From positions 387,957 through 451,956 of the IMG/VR virus record IMGVR_UViG_3300035661_000001: a DNA stretch of 64,000 bases; one strand, given 5' to 3'. Position numbers and translations under genes: made by a program. Numbering within the stretch: the stretch's first letter is position 1; each line of letters starts with the position of its first letter. Below the pieces are notes generated by a model, which was given only the letters and a program-made list of their open reading frames with translations, made no database searches and was not told the DNA's origin. Shown here piece after piece: positions 54,302 to 64,000 of the stretch.

Positions 54302-54859
54302 ATGGAGTTTTGCATGTCTGTTGCAGCAGCAAGTAACATGAATACTTCATATCTTCATCGTGTGTTTCGACAGGAAGACTTCAATGCTACTGTCAGGTGC
54401 ATGATAAAGAAAGTTTCTCAGATACATGAAGAGACTCCATTTGAGGCTCTAGCTTTTACTGGGCAAAGCGGGGCGGCTATTGCTTACGTGTTAGGATATA
54501 CTTTGGCGCTGCCGCTAATTCTTGTGCGGCGAGATGACGATGAATCCCATCATGTTAAAGTAAGAGGCATGCAACAGAAGGCGGGCTTCCGAACAGGTCC
54601 TAGATACTTGGAAGGGCATGTCGATTCGTCTTCTTTCCTGATTGTTGACGATCAGATCGAGACAGGGGCTTCGATTGATCTAATTACAAACAGAATCAAA
54701 GAGTATAATCCATATGCCACCTGTGTTGGTGTTGTGTTGTATTCTTGGAACTACTCTAGAAAACTTCAGAACCCTAATGCACCTCGTCAATTCAGAGATG
54801 ATGACGATACATTTCCGGTGTACTTCGGCGGGGTCGAGTGCATGAGCCAAAGGAAATAA
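54302..54859 (+). CDS. type I phosphoribosyltransferase-family protein
   Basis: AFTGQSG, LILVRR, PRPP-binding FLIVDDQIETGAS. Confidence 0.8.
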   Translation: MEFCMSVAAASNMNTSYLHRVFRQEDFNATVRCMIKKVSQIHEETPFEALAFTGQSGAAIAYVLGYTLALPLILVRRDDDESHHVKVRGMQQKAGFRTGPRYLEGHVDSSSFLIVDDQIETGASIDLITNRIKEYNPYATCVGVVLYSWNYSRKLQNPNAPRQFRDDDDTFPVYFGGVECMSQRK

Positions 54860-54862
54860 TTA

Positions 54863-55299
54863 ATGGGAGTCGTTTGGGTGGCAGCGGCAAAGCCATTTAA
54901 GATCCGCACAAAAAATTCGATCTACGAATTCGACCTAAGTCTGAACCGTTACCGAAAGGTAGGCAATGGCTGGGCAGAAGGTTGGAAGCCGTGTCTTGGT
55001 GGAGAGATGAAAGCTCCCATCATGGGAAATCGCTATACCATTGTACGGTACAGCGAGACCCTCTCGACGTCTTGTATACGAGAGATTGATCAGTGACCAA
55101 GTTCAAAACTCGTTATTGCATTTACGAAATCGACGCCGGCAAAAAACTTTATCGTCGCGGGAGAGGTGATTGGAAATCCTATCTCTTCTTACATTGCGAT
55201 GGTAGGGTCAGTCGAAAACCCATCGTTGGGTATCGTTTCGTGATTGCTCGTGAGGGCTGCCTGCCTTTGTTCACGAGCCCGGTCAAAGAGATTCTCTGA
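54863..55299 (+). CDS. two adjacent small paralogous genes (54863..55096, 55093..55299)
   Basis: FKIRTKNSIYEFD...YR...PIMGNRY..TS.IRE vs FKTRYCIYEID...YR...PIVGYRF..TS.VKE. Confidence 0.6.
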
Positions 55300-55323
55300 T
55301 CCGAACGTTGAGGAGTATAGTAC

Positions 55324-55722
55324 ATGGATCGTAAGATTGTCATCCTTTCTTCTGGTCAGGTTGTTGACCATGTACTGAATTCCAAGTATGAGACCATTCG
55401 TTCTCGTCCTTCTCCGTTTCTATTAGAGCTGATCTCCGACGGGTATCGCGTGATCGTGATCACTTCTCGTCGAGATTGGACTAATTGGGATCAATGCTGG
55501 ATGTCATTGCTTCCCAGAGAAGACATCCATTTTACGGAGAGACATCCGTTTGATATCTGCGACGCCAATGCGCCCGAATATGTGGTGCCTTGGCGCAAGG
55601 TATTCGATGAGCTGGGGTTAACCCATCCTGCCAAAACCAGGAGCTGGATCTTCTGGCGAGACGAAGCGGCGATGCAAGGTTTCGTCCTGAATGCCAGGTC
55701 GCAAAGGAAAAAAGCAGCATGA
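55324..55722 (+). CDS. hypothetical protein, weakly HAD-like
   Basis: GYRVIVITSR motif but no DxD. Confidence 0.55.
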   Translation: MDRKIVILSSGQVVDHVLNSKYETIRSRPSPFLLELISDGYRVIVITSRRDWTNWDQCWMSLLPREDIHFTERHPFDICDANAPEYVVPWRKVFDELGLTHPAKTRSWIFWRDEAAMQGFVLNARSQRKKAA

Positions 55723-55994
55723 GCAATTCCAAACGTAAGATCGTGGATCAAATCGTCAGCGAAAACCTCGATGCCGAAACTGATCGTGCGAAGCGGAAGC
55801 AGAAAAGCAAAGCGAAAGCAAAGGCTGGTCGGATCCAAGCGGACAAGAAAAAGAAGAAGTAATGGATCCCATCACAGAACATTGCCTGCTTTGCGTAACA
55901 AGTACGGGACTTGTTTTTCTTTCTCGTCCGAGAGATGTTCATCTATCTCGATGGTGGAAGAAAAAAACCATGTCTTCCGGAATGGTGACCCATC

Positions 55995-56264
55995 ATGACG
56001 ATACTTTCGGATTATAAGTCTGGAACGGGAACCAGTAAGACTCTTGGTAAGCTCCGACAATTGGTAGTAGAGCTGAAAGAAGTACTGGAAGATGAAGAGC
56101 TGGATTGGGAAAAGAAGTACGATTTGGTCTTCGATACCCATCAGCAACAAGTAGAAGACCTTTTGAAAGAAGCAAGGTTGCACCTGGATTACTATGATCC
56201 GGATACGACCTACGAAGAAGATGCTAAGGCATACGTTTCTGCCTTGGACGAGTTAGTGAAGTAG
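55995..56264 (+). CDS. acidic hypothetical protein
   Basis: 89 aa, LDYYDPDTTYEED. Confidence 0.65.
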   Translation: MTILSDYKSGTGTSKTLGKLRQLVVELKEVLEDEELDWEKKYDLVFDTHQQQVEDLLKEARLHLDYYDPDTTYEEDAKAYVSALDELVK

Positions 56265-56294
56265 ACCATCAACAAGAAGAAAGCGGAGGACATC

Positions 56295-56564
56295 ATGTTC
56301 AACAAGTTTGCTACGGTTCGGGTTGTCGGTGGGCGTTTCAATGACAAGCTGAAGGGTCAGCGCGGCGAGGTCGACACGTCGATGGAGGACGGCTCGTGTG
56401 TCGTGACCTTCCGTCAGGGTCATGGCGACGATGCCAAGCAGGAGAGCTATCTCCTGGCGTCGGCGAGTTTGGCGGGCGCGAAGGTTGTGGAGAAGCCCGC
56501 CGCCGAGCGTCGGGCGGAGATCGAGAAGAGCATCGGGCTCCGTTCGGATCTCGAATACGTCTGA
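56295..56564 (+). CDS. hypothetical protein (KOW/SH3-like pattern)
   Basis: GGAGG RBS; VRVVGG...KGQRGEV. Confidence 0.6.
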   Translation: MFNKFATVRVVGGRFNDKLKGQRGEVDTSMEDGSCVVTFRQGHGDDAKQESYLLASASLAGAKVVEKPAAERRAEIEKSIGLRSDLEYV

Positions 56565-56820
56565 TGCTGATCAGTCGTAATGGTTCTGATTTGACTATCA
56601 CTCTCGTCGATGGTGACGATGTTGGTGATGAAGTGCAAGCTCTGTTGCGAGCAATTCGTGATCGCAAGTACAAGTGCGAACTGGCGCAGGGCGTACGCAT
56701 GGGGCGACATGTTCCGAGCCATGAGCAGTTGAAAGAAGATCTTCCATTCATGGAGATGCTTGTCACCTCACTCAAAGAACATGGGGTCGATGAGATCCCA
56801 TCGAAGACTACTGATCGATG

Positions 56821-56852
56821 AAGGACGGGCGCTCGCGAGCGCCCGTTCTTTT
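56821..56852 (+). terminator. intrinsic terminator
   Basis: ACGGGCGCTC/GAGCGCCCGT + TCTTTT. Confidence 0.75.
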
Positions 56853-57387
56853 GTTTCACATTGACCAAGCAGAACATCCTGATCTGATGAAAGTGAAAGA
56901 CTACCTGGTGTCTCTAAGGAACGTCATTGGTTATCCTCCGGTGGATCGTTCCGCCGGTAGGCACTGATCAAGAAATACTGAAGGAGAATAGCTATGTCTT
57001 CCGCAATCTGTTTTTTCCTGGTGCTCTCGATCGTCACCAATGTGTTTCGTGTGTTGTCTATCATTGACGATGATAGGCTTCCATCGCAAGATCTGCTCGC
57101 GGCGGCGCCATGTGGTACATATTCTGCATCGTGTTCGCCGCGGTTCTTCTCGTGCTACAATTTCTGCACTGATAAAGGGCGACTATGTATATCTTGCTTT
57201 ACATTTTCCTTCCGTGTATCATCGTCGATAACACCGTTCGTTTGATCGGTCTTTCAGAAGATCGTACTCTCAACAGTGAGCTACGAGCCGTATGTGCAAT
57301 GTGGTACGTAATTTGCATTCTTTGCTCTTGCGTACTGCTCACGATCATTTCCCTTCGGTAAACGTTCTGCAACAAAAACTGAGATTG

Positions 57388-57420
57388 AGCCTGTTACCCG
57401 AGATGGGTGACGGGCTTTTT
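57388..57420 (+). terminator. intrinsic terminator
   Basis: AGCCTGTTACCC-GAGAT-GGGTGACGGGCT + TTTT. Confidence 0.8.
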
Positions 57421-57433
57421 CTGTTTTTCCTGA

Positions 57434-57468
57434 TGGCATATTGTTTGCACCCTGCATAAAGCGTGCCA
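57434..57468. promoter_or_regulatory. head-to-head sigma-54 palindrome
   Basis: TGGCATATTGTTTGCA-ccc-TGCATAAAGCGTGCCA. Confidence 0.8.
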
Positions 57469-58114
57469 AGCCAAATCCCATCCATAAAAAGAGAACGGGA
57501 AGAAAGCAAACGAAGCGGGGTGCAATGATGAGGAGATAAAGATTTCCCATCGGAGAGTGCCGTGTTCGACAATGGCGAGCCGTCACCTAATCAATGGTGA
57601 CAGAGCATGCTGTATAAGAGAGAAACCATCTGGGTATTGGTTGTAACCTCATTCGCTGAGTGCGGAAAGACAAGGCAACAGAATGAAACTTTATACCTGA
57701 ACGCTGTGTTGGAGAGTCTAATTGTTTTCTAAAATGAAAATGGTTTGACGAGAACGCCCATCAAGTCTTCACTCTAAAACGCTGCTGAGAAAGCTCGACG
57801 ATATCCTGCTCGTATTGGGTCCGATCAACCCGAGAACGACAATAGGAATCTGTAACGATTGTCTCAACCAGCTAGAGCTGTGGCGAACTGCGGGATGAAA
57901 TAAGCCAGGCTGCCGGACGACTAATTGTGAAACAATGGGAAAGGTTCGCCAACACAAGGGACGGCGTGATAACACAAATGGTCCCTACATTGAGAGAGAT
58001 AAGATAGAAAGCCAACAAGGCAAAGATTGCTAGCGATATCGTTGTGTCGATTATCAAAGAGGGTGTCCCGCACGAGCGGCATGGTTACTGAACCGATGAG
58101 TCCCCATCGCTTCT

Positions 58115-58187
58115 GGGTCAATAACTCAATTGGTAGAGTAGCTGGCTTTTAACCAGTGTTGTCTCGGTTCAAGTCCGAGTTGACCCA
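58115..58187 (+). tRNA. tRNA-Lys(TTT)
   Basis: GGGTCAA/TTGACCC acceptor, CTGG-CTTTTAA-CCAG anticodon arm, GGTTCAAGTCC T-arm. Confidence 0.85.
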
Positions 58188-58479
58188 CTAATAAAAAGGA
58201 TCGTAAACATATGCCGAATGTGATCAATGTTTGCAACTGGAGTATCTGCCGCAAGCTCGGTGGAGGTCGTGATCCAATCATTCCGGAAGGTGATCTGAAT
58301 GGTCACCCGACTGTACTCTGGGGTAGCCCTGGAATGTTCTGGAGCTTCAACGTTATCACTGGCGTTGGTCTCGCACACTCTGGTCGCACCTACGAATTCG
58401 ATCGTAAATCATTTCAACCCAATGGGTTTGCAAGAACGGTCGAAGAAGCTTTCGACTGGCTTTCGATTCATTGGCTGAA

Positions 58480-58552
58480 GCCTCTGTAGCTCAGGGGATG
58501 AGCCCCGGATACTAAGCCGATAGCCAGGTGGGTTCGATTCCCATCAGAGGAG
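58480..58552 (+). tRNA. degenerate tRNA-like element (Arg-TCT-like; could read as CTA)
   Basis: CCTCTG/CAGAGG, TAGCTCAG..GAGC D-arm, GTGGG-TTCGATT-CCCAT T-arm; anticodon arm CGGATACTAAGCCG irregular. Confidence 0.45.
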
Positions 58553-58564
58553 CAAAATAATCTT

Positions 58565-59035
58565 ATGAAAGAAGATTTGATCGCGGTTGCCTTGTACCCG
58601 AACGAAATGGAAAGATTGAGTACTCACGGGCACACCCATGTGCTCGGAATCTCTGCAATCGATCCTGAATGGGGACTCGGAAGATCTACTCTGAATAAGA
58701 AGTGGCTCCCTCTCTTTTGTTCGGAAGAAGATAGGAAGAATTTCCCTGACGTCTATTGTACTCGCGCGGCGGAGTATGGTGAAGATGATAATCTCAATGA
58801 CGAAGAGAATGGCGAACTGATCTATTCAATTTCGGGACACCGTCTTTTATATGAAGTATATCGTCTCAGATATGTTCCTGGATATTGGACCGTCAGTAAT
58901 GGTACTTATCTGGAAATCTTCGCGGATAAAAATCGTTGCTTGGCGTGGTTGCTTCGACAAGACTATCGGTATCTTGTTGTGAGAGATCATGAGGGTAATG
59001 AGAAAAAAATCAAACCCACGATCGAATTGGTATAA
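58565..59035 (+). CDS. hypothetical protein
   Basis: 156 aa ORF. Confidence 0.65.
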   Translation: MKEDLIAVALYPNEMERLSTHGHTHVLGISAIDPEWGLGRSTLNKKWLPLFCSEEDRKNFPDVYCTRAAEYGEDDNLNDEENGELIYSISGHRLLYEVYRLRYVPGYWTVSNGTYLEIFADKNRCLAWLLRQDYRYLVVRDHEGNEKKIKPTIELV

Positions 59036-59041
59036 CCAATC

Positions 59042-59428
59042 ATGAACAAAGAAGTCGAACGTTTCCTCGTTGATTGTGGTGAGTATCATTACTACGATCG
59101 CGCAGATCCTAGCGATGTACTAGCTTTGTCAGCTCTAAAGAACCGCATGTTGGAAGTACGAAAAGATCGTGCTCCCGGTGGTATTCTGACAAACGTTTAT
59201 GATTGGGATTTTATTCCCAAGGCTCTTCAGCACAGAGCAATCTCTCGGCTTTTCTATAGAATCGGTTACTCTTGGGGTTTCGATAAAGCAACTGCAATCA
59301 AGCTCACGGCAGCTCTGTGTTTGATCGAGATCTCGCCGGAGATCAAGAGTACGGTGGTAGACCTTTTCAAGGTCGCCAATAAAACCGGTTGTTTCGCCAT
59401 CCATGGCTTGTCCGCCAATCTGCGATAA
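59042..59428 (+). CDS. hypothetical protein
   Basis: 128 aa ORF. Confidence 0.6.
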   Translation: MNKEVERFLVDCGEYHYYDRADPSDVLALSALKNRMLEVRKDRAPGGILTNVYDWDFIPKALQHRAISRLFYRIGYSWGFDKATAIKLTAALCLIEISPEIKSTVVDLFKVANKTGCFAIHGLSANLR

Positions 59429-59859
59429 AAGTTATGGCAAACTTAGGACTATTTTCGGAAAGATTCTGCTTCAGGTAGAAGTGCGTTTTGCCGCCTACGA
59501 TGAACGAAGTTTTGTTGTGAATCCAGGTAGCAATTCATCTTTTCACCTTTCTTTCAAGTGGGATTATAGTTTCAGTGGATGGTCAGCTTGCGCCCATCCA
59601 GAAACATATCCTGGTTCCCGTATGCATCATAACAAAGATGTTGCTGGGACAGATCGGGAAGAAGGTCTCAAGGTTCTTCATGAGTACCTTGCTGATCCTC
59701 AATGGTCGTATGGCGCAGCGTGTGCCTTGATCAAATAATAAAGACATGATGTGGAAGAGTTGTTGCAAGCTCCCACAAACAGTAGATGATTAATAAGCAA
59801 CATGTTTCTTCTTAGAGGTATAGCGAAAGCCTTGACTACCGTCTGATGAGAAGCAGCAT

Positions 59860-59935
59860 GGACCTGTAACTCAATTGGTAGAGTAGCTGGCTTTTAACCA
59901 GTGTTGTGAGAGTTCAAGTCTCTCCGGGTTCACCA
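59860..59935 (+). tRNA. tRNA-Lys(TTT), second copy
   Basis: GGACCTG/CGGGTTC + ACCA; D and anticodon arms identical to the 58115 copy. Confidence 0.9.
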
Positions 59936-59962
59936 CAGAGTGTTATATACTGCTCCATAAGT

Positions 59963-60385
59963 ATGCACTCAAAAACTAAAGGTAGCATCGGACAGCTTAC
60001 CATTGCTGCCGACCTTCTATCAAAAGGCTACGAAGTATTTACTGAGCTTGGAGATAACTCCAAGATAGATCTGATTGCGGTTAGCAAAGACTATGATCTG
60101 ATTAAAATTCAGGTTAAATGTTTAACGCCCGTAAACGGATCAGTAAAACTAAGTTGTATAAAATCTGGACCAAACTATTCCTTTAGGTATGAGAGGTAGC
60201 ATGCTGACGTTTATGCTGTATATGTACCTGATCACAAAATGGTTTTGTATGTGTCAGCAGATGAATTGTTAACGCGGAAGAAAACGCTTTCGATTCGATT
60301 AATTGAATCCAAAAACAAGCAGAAGAAAAATACTTATTTTTGGGATCAATATATTGATTTCGAAAAATCTGTCACTAATAAGTGA
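59963..60385 (+). pseudogene. PD-(D/E)XK homing-type endonuclease interrupted by in-frame TAG
   Basis: KGSIGQ...KGYEVF...DNSKIDLI...KIQVK...Y, TAG at 60197-60199, then HADVYAVY... continues in frame to TGA 60383-60385. Confidence 0.75.
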
Positions 60386-60397
60386 CGATCAGATATT

Positions 60398-60480
60398 GCT
60401 CAAGTGGCGGAATGGCAGACGCGGAGGACTCAAAACCCTCTGTCCGAAAGGGCTTGTGGGTTCGACTCCCACCTTGAGTA
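60398..60480 (+). tRNA. tRNA-Leu(CAA)
   Basis: GCTCAAG/CTTGAGT, TGGCGGAATGGCAGACGC, loop CTCAAAA, long variable arm, GGTTCGACTCC. Confidence 0.9.
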
Positions 60481-60582
60481 CTAAATTGAGTTGGTTGACC
60501 CATCCGATTTGGGTTAATATGGATCGGAAGAAGGAGGTGCCCCATAAAAAGGGTTAATGTCGAATAAGGTAATATTGGGAAT

Positions 60583-60665
60583 GCCGGGATGATGGAATGG
60601 CAGACATAGCGGACTCAAAATCCGCAGCTCGCAAGGGCATGAGGGTTCGACTCCCTCTCTCGGTA
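60583..60665 (+). tRNA. tRNA-Leu(CAA), second copy
   Basis: GCCGGGA/TCTCGGT, GCGGA-CTCAAAA-TCCGC, long variable arm. Confidence 0.9.
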
Positions 60666-60674
60666 CTGGCATGT

Positions 60675-60743
60675 TCGGGGATCGTAGAGTGGCAAGATCC
60701 GGGGATTTGCTCCGGGACAGGGGTTCGATTCCTCTTCTCCGAC
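60675..60743 (+). tRNA. degenerate tRNA (Gln-like)
   Basis: TCGGGGA/TCTCCGA, AGGGG-TTCGATT-CCTCT; anticodon loop GATTTGC non-canonical. Confidence 0.45.
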
Positions 60744-60755
60744 ATGTGTTAACTT

Positions 60756-60856
60756 GACGAGCAGTGGCGGAATGGAAGACGCTAAGGATTTTTTGTCCGA
60801 GCTGAGTCTGCTCCATGAGGCAGATAGGCATGAAGGTTCGAGTCCTTCCCTCGTCA
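60756..60856 (+). tRNA. degenerate class II (Leu/Ser-like) tRNA
   Basis: GACGAG/CTCGTC, TGGCGGAATGGAAGACGC D-arm, GAAGG-TTCGAGT-CCTTC; enlarged variable region. Confidence 0.45.
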
Positions 60857-61045
60857 CCGTTGGCAGGTACTATGTACCTGGAACAACATCATGTGTTGTG
60901 TTTCTAGAACATTATGCAAGGTGTAGCCAAGAAGATGGTCAGCGTTCCCTGACCCATCTCGTGAAGCAAGGCAATCCTAGATCATTGCAGCTTCTAAGAA
61001 ATTGTTTGACATAACCATTCTTCAGGCTCTGGTTGTGTCTATATT

Positions 61046-61126
61046 GCCATCGTTGAGCAGGTAGTGGGCTCACCGCGCTGTAAACGCGGCTTTTCGGACT
61101 TGAAGGTGCAATTCCTTCCGGTGGCA
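61046..61126 (+). tRNA. tRNA-Tyr(GTA)
   Basis: GCCATCG/CGGTGGC, CCGCG-CTGTAAA-CGCGG, GAAGG-TGCAATT-CCTTC. Confidence 0.75.
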
Positions 61127-61713
61127 CCCATCAGCCAGGCGCCGTGCCTTCTGGCTCCACCGTAACAGGTGTGAGTCTGGCTGATGTCTTTTTTACATCC
61201 GAGCAGAACGTATATGAAAAGAGACCTTCTTGGCAGGTTTATATCAGATAACAAATGCGATTCGATCGCAGTATCGATTGCCCACGGTACTTATGTTGTT
61301 GGTGAACATGCCCATCAATGTGATAAATGCGGCAAAATTTGGAGACATTCTGATCGAGCGTTTAACAGTCGTATACTTCATATATGCGATTGTGGTCATG
61401 AACAATTCGACAGTGGGTTGTCTCCAAATTTCAATCCAAATTTTTTGTGCATACATCTGTGGCGCGTCGTGCGTCAACGTAACTGCATGGCAAGAGACAA
61501 CTAGACATGACGAAACAGTTTTACAATCAACCTTGGTTTTGGTTTCTGATTGTCACGATGCTGCTGGCAGTGCTGGCGGAATTTTTGGGTCATCGTGAAA
61601 TTATTCCGTGGTTGGGCGGATTCGTGGCTATCATGGCTTTCGGTTACGCTTTTCGTTATGTGATTGATAACTCGTAAAAATAGTTTCAGTCGCACCCGAA
61701 GAGTTAAAATTAC

Positions 61714-61825
61714 GCGAGAATAGTTCAGACGGCAGAACGTCAGCGCTACGGCGCTGAAAACGGTCAAAGGCTAATAAGCAGGTGCGAAGTGCTAACGCCG
61801 GGTTCGATTCCCCCTTCTCGTTCCA
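61714..61825 (+). tRNA. tRNA-like element with insertion (Arg-ACG-like)
   Basis: GCGAGAA/TTCTCGT + TCCA, GTTC/GAAC D-stem, CAGCG-CTACGG-CGCTG, about 35 extra nt before GGTTCGATTCC. Confidence 0.45.
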
Positions 61826-62438
61826 ATAAGAAATTCAGGAGTACAAAATGCAGATCGAAACTCTGATCAGTCGTCTACAAGACTTGCAGAAGTCCCATTC
61901 CGGAGCTACCGTCTACGGAATGGAGTATGCCTATGGGACTACCCGTATGTATCCAATCAGTGATGCGATCAGTGGTGAAGGCATTACGACCTGCACTTCA
62001 ATGCCGTCCAGCGGTCCCAAAGTGATCCTGGATATCAATCATCAGTAAACGTTACCCATCGGTGATAACCATGGACCAGAATCGAGCAGTTGCTCTCAAA
62101 GCTATGGTATCTGATCTTACGCAAGAGATTGCGATAGGTCGAAAAAGATTGACCGCGCTTGGTCAATCCTTGATTGCCGCAAGCAATGAACTCGCTTGTG
62201 AAAAGGAAAAAGATATGCCTGACGATTTGACCAACACTCGCCCTGCTCGATGCTTCGATTGGCTCCGTGCCCATCTTGGCTTTTTCGATAAGATCGCGCC
62301 GGATGCTCCTGGGTACAGTCACATGACACAGGAAACGTGGGAGAAGCTCCTCGGTGATGGCATCGATGTTTACGTAGTGAACTCTTCATCTTTCATGAAG
62401 AAAGATATCCCCGTGAGTTATCTCCCTCCGGAAAACAA

Positions 62439-62777
62439 ATGACCACAGAACGATCTTTCGTACTACACGCGTGGTTCTCCAAGAAACACGAAGTGTTTGT
62501 TGGATCAGTGGAGATGGACACGCCTGACGGAAACGTGGTTCGTGTCACTGCAATAGCGCCCGCTATTGAGGCAGCTTATCCTTGGGATGATGCTGCGTAT
62601 ATGGGCGTTGTCTTAGAGAGCACCAGCCGTAACAGATCTTTCAACAGCGGATTCAATCCTCCTCCAACACCTCCTCACAGGAAGGTTTTGAAGCTGGGGG
62701 AAATCTGTTCAACTTGTGAAGCCGAATACAAGGAACGAATTCTATTCAGAGAGTCGTACACCGGCTGTCTTTGTTAA
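62439..62777 (+). CDS. hypothetical protein with C-terminal CxxC...CxC
   Basis: 112 aa, ATGA overlap. Confidence 0.6.
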   Translation: MTTERSFVLHAWFSKKHEVFVGSVEMDTPDGNVVRVTAIAPAIEAAYPWDDAAYMGVVLESTSRNRSFNSGFNPPPTPPHRKVLKLGEICSTCEAEYKERILFRESYTGCLC

Positions 62778-62783
62778 CAAGGT

Positions 62784-63236
62784 GTGATTATGAATTCACA
62801 TGAAATTCTAGATAGTCGGAACAAGCATAAACCATTGTTCCGGACAGATCCTGAAACCTGGGAAGGTAAAGGAACTGTTCACCAGATCAAATGGGATGAC
62901 GGACACATTACTAGTCTGTACGATTACGGTAATGGCGAATCTACCCATCTCAATGTGGTCTCCGTAGAATATTACGAGAGAGAGTTTTTGCCTACTTGGA
63001 TCCCAGAAAACAAGTGGCGGCAAGCAAATCCCTTGTATCGTGACCGGCTTTTGAAAGGTCGGTCCTGTCCAAAAGAATTTAGCTGGTATGATGCTATGCT
63101 GATTCTGAAAAAGGTAGGAGTTCCTTGGAACTTTATCCAACGTATCAGCCGCGGATACTACTACGTCGTTGACGAAATCTCTCGCCTCCAATCGGAAGGT
63201 GAAGCAATCATTCGGTCTATCTCGATCAATCGTTAA
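62784..63236 (+). CDS. hypothetical protein
   Basis: 150 aa ORF. Confidence 0.6.
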   Translation: MIMNSHEILDSRNKHKPLFRTDPETWEGKGTVHQIKWDDGHITSLYDYGNGESTHLNVVSVEYYEREFLPTWIPENKWRQANPLYRDRLLKGRSCPKEFSWYDAMLILKKVGVPWNFIQRISRGYYYVVDEISRLQSEGEAIIRSISINR

Positions 63237-63746
63237 TAAGATAACGCTAGTGGGTGGCGTTCGTCTGAAAAAAACGAGGACCGAATCCCATCAATCGTAC
63301 CGGACCCTAAAAGCAAGGTACAACATCTGGATCGCTCTCCGCGATCTCGATCGTTTCCCGACGATGCCGGATGTAAATGGGACACCCGTCCCGCGCGATA
63401 ACTATAGACGAGCACGGAGGAGATTCCCATCCCATTCCTTCGTGTCTTGGGGAGAGAGAACACGATCAACGTAATAGCATGAGAGACCCGTGCATCGCCG
63501 AAAGGTGAGCGACTCTCATCCCTCTACGGTGTTGGCATCTTTCCAATATGGCAAAATTGAGGAACACCCGGCTCTGGTATAGGGCAATGCCTGTTTCTCC
63601 TTCGTGCTCGTTCCCGCCACAATTACTTCTAGAGTGGTGAGTATACAGCGTCAAGTCTTATGTGGAGGGTCCGGGAGCGATGCTCTTTAATCCGCCAACC
63701 ACAATAAAAATGTGCGGTGTCCGTCAGAATAAAATCTGAATGAGGA

Positions 63747-64000
63747 ACGGAGAATTTCCTCACTTACCTTAACTTAACTTTATGTATGCCCCGGTAGCTC
63801 AGCTGGATAGAGCGGCGGACTTCTAAGCCGAAGGTCGGGAGTTCAAATCTCTCCCGGGGCGCTAAATTTCAACACGGAGAATTTCCTCACTTACCTTAAC
63901 TTAACTTTATGTATGCCCCGGTAGCTCAGCTGGATAGAGCGGCGGACTTCTAAGCCGAAGGTCGGGAGTTCAAATCTCTCCCGGGGCGCTAAATTTCAAC
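63747..64000 (+). repeat. exact 127-bp tandem duplication containing tRNA-Arg (second copy 63915..63988)
   Basis: 63747-63873 is identical to 63874-64000 and ends exactly at the window end. Confidence 0.9.
63788..63861 (+). tRNA. tRNA-Arg(TCT)
   Basis: GCCCCGG/CCGGGGC, TAGCTCAGCTGGATAGAGC, loop CTTCTAA. Confidence 0.88.

Noticed and set aside
63747-64000. Tandem duplicated tRNA-Arg as a real gene duplication
   Set aside because: The unit is exactly 127 bp, identical, and ends exactly at the sequence end. 127 is a common maximum assembler k-mer, so a contig-end artefact is likely. Reads are needed.

Overview
This looks like a fragment of a very large (jumbo) bacteriophage genome made of two very different halves. 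From 1 to about 23.5 kb the sequence is strongly AT-rich and gene-dense. It holds nucleotide-metabolism genes (thyX, IMPDH/GMP reductase, dUTPase, HD nucleotidase), two DEDDh exonucleases, a Dam-type methylase, translation factors IF1 and RF2, SET, CHAP, kinase-like and protease genes, a GIY-YIG homing endonuclease, and a set of proteins sharing a C-terminal tag (…KAFW/…LLFI). At about 23.6-23.8 kb it switches abruptly to a GC-rich, almost entirely + strand array of small hypothetical genes. GC content drifts back down toward the end, where there is a tRNA cluster. Two signals stand out. (1) The hexamer CCCATC occurs about 220 times (counted by eye) on the + strand, versus only a handful of GATGGG, quasi-regularly spaced about every 110 bp through coding and non-coding DNA. 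(2) Eleven 35-bp palindromes, each made of two head-to-head sigma-54 -24/-12 boxes, sit at eight loci in a repeated cassette: terminator, then palindrome, then CCCATCC. Also seen: a (GCAA)11 tract that appears to switch a gene off, several tRNA-like elements with aberrant anticodon arms, candidate structured ncRNAs, and an extreme C>G strand skew just before the GC boundary. All calls are by eye from motifs; no searches were run.
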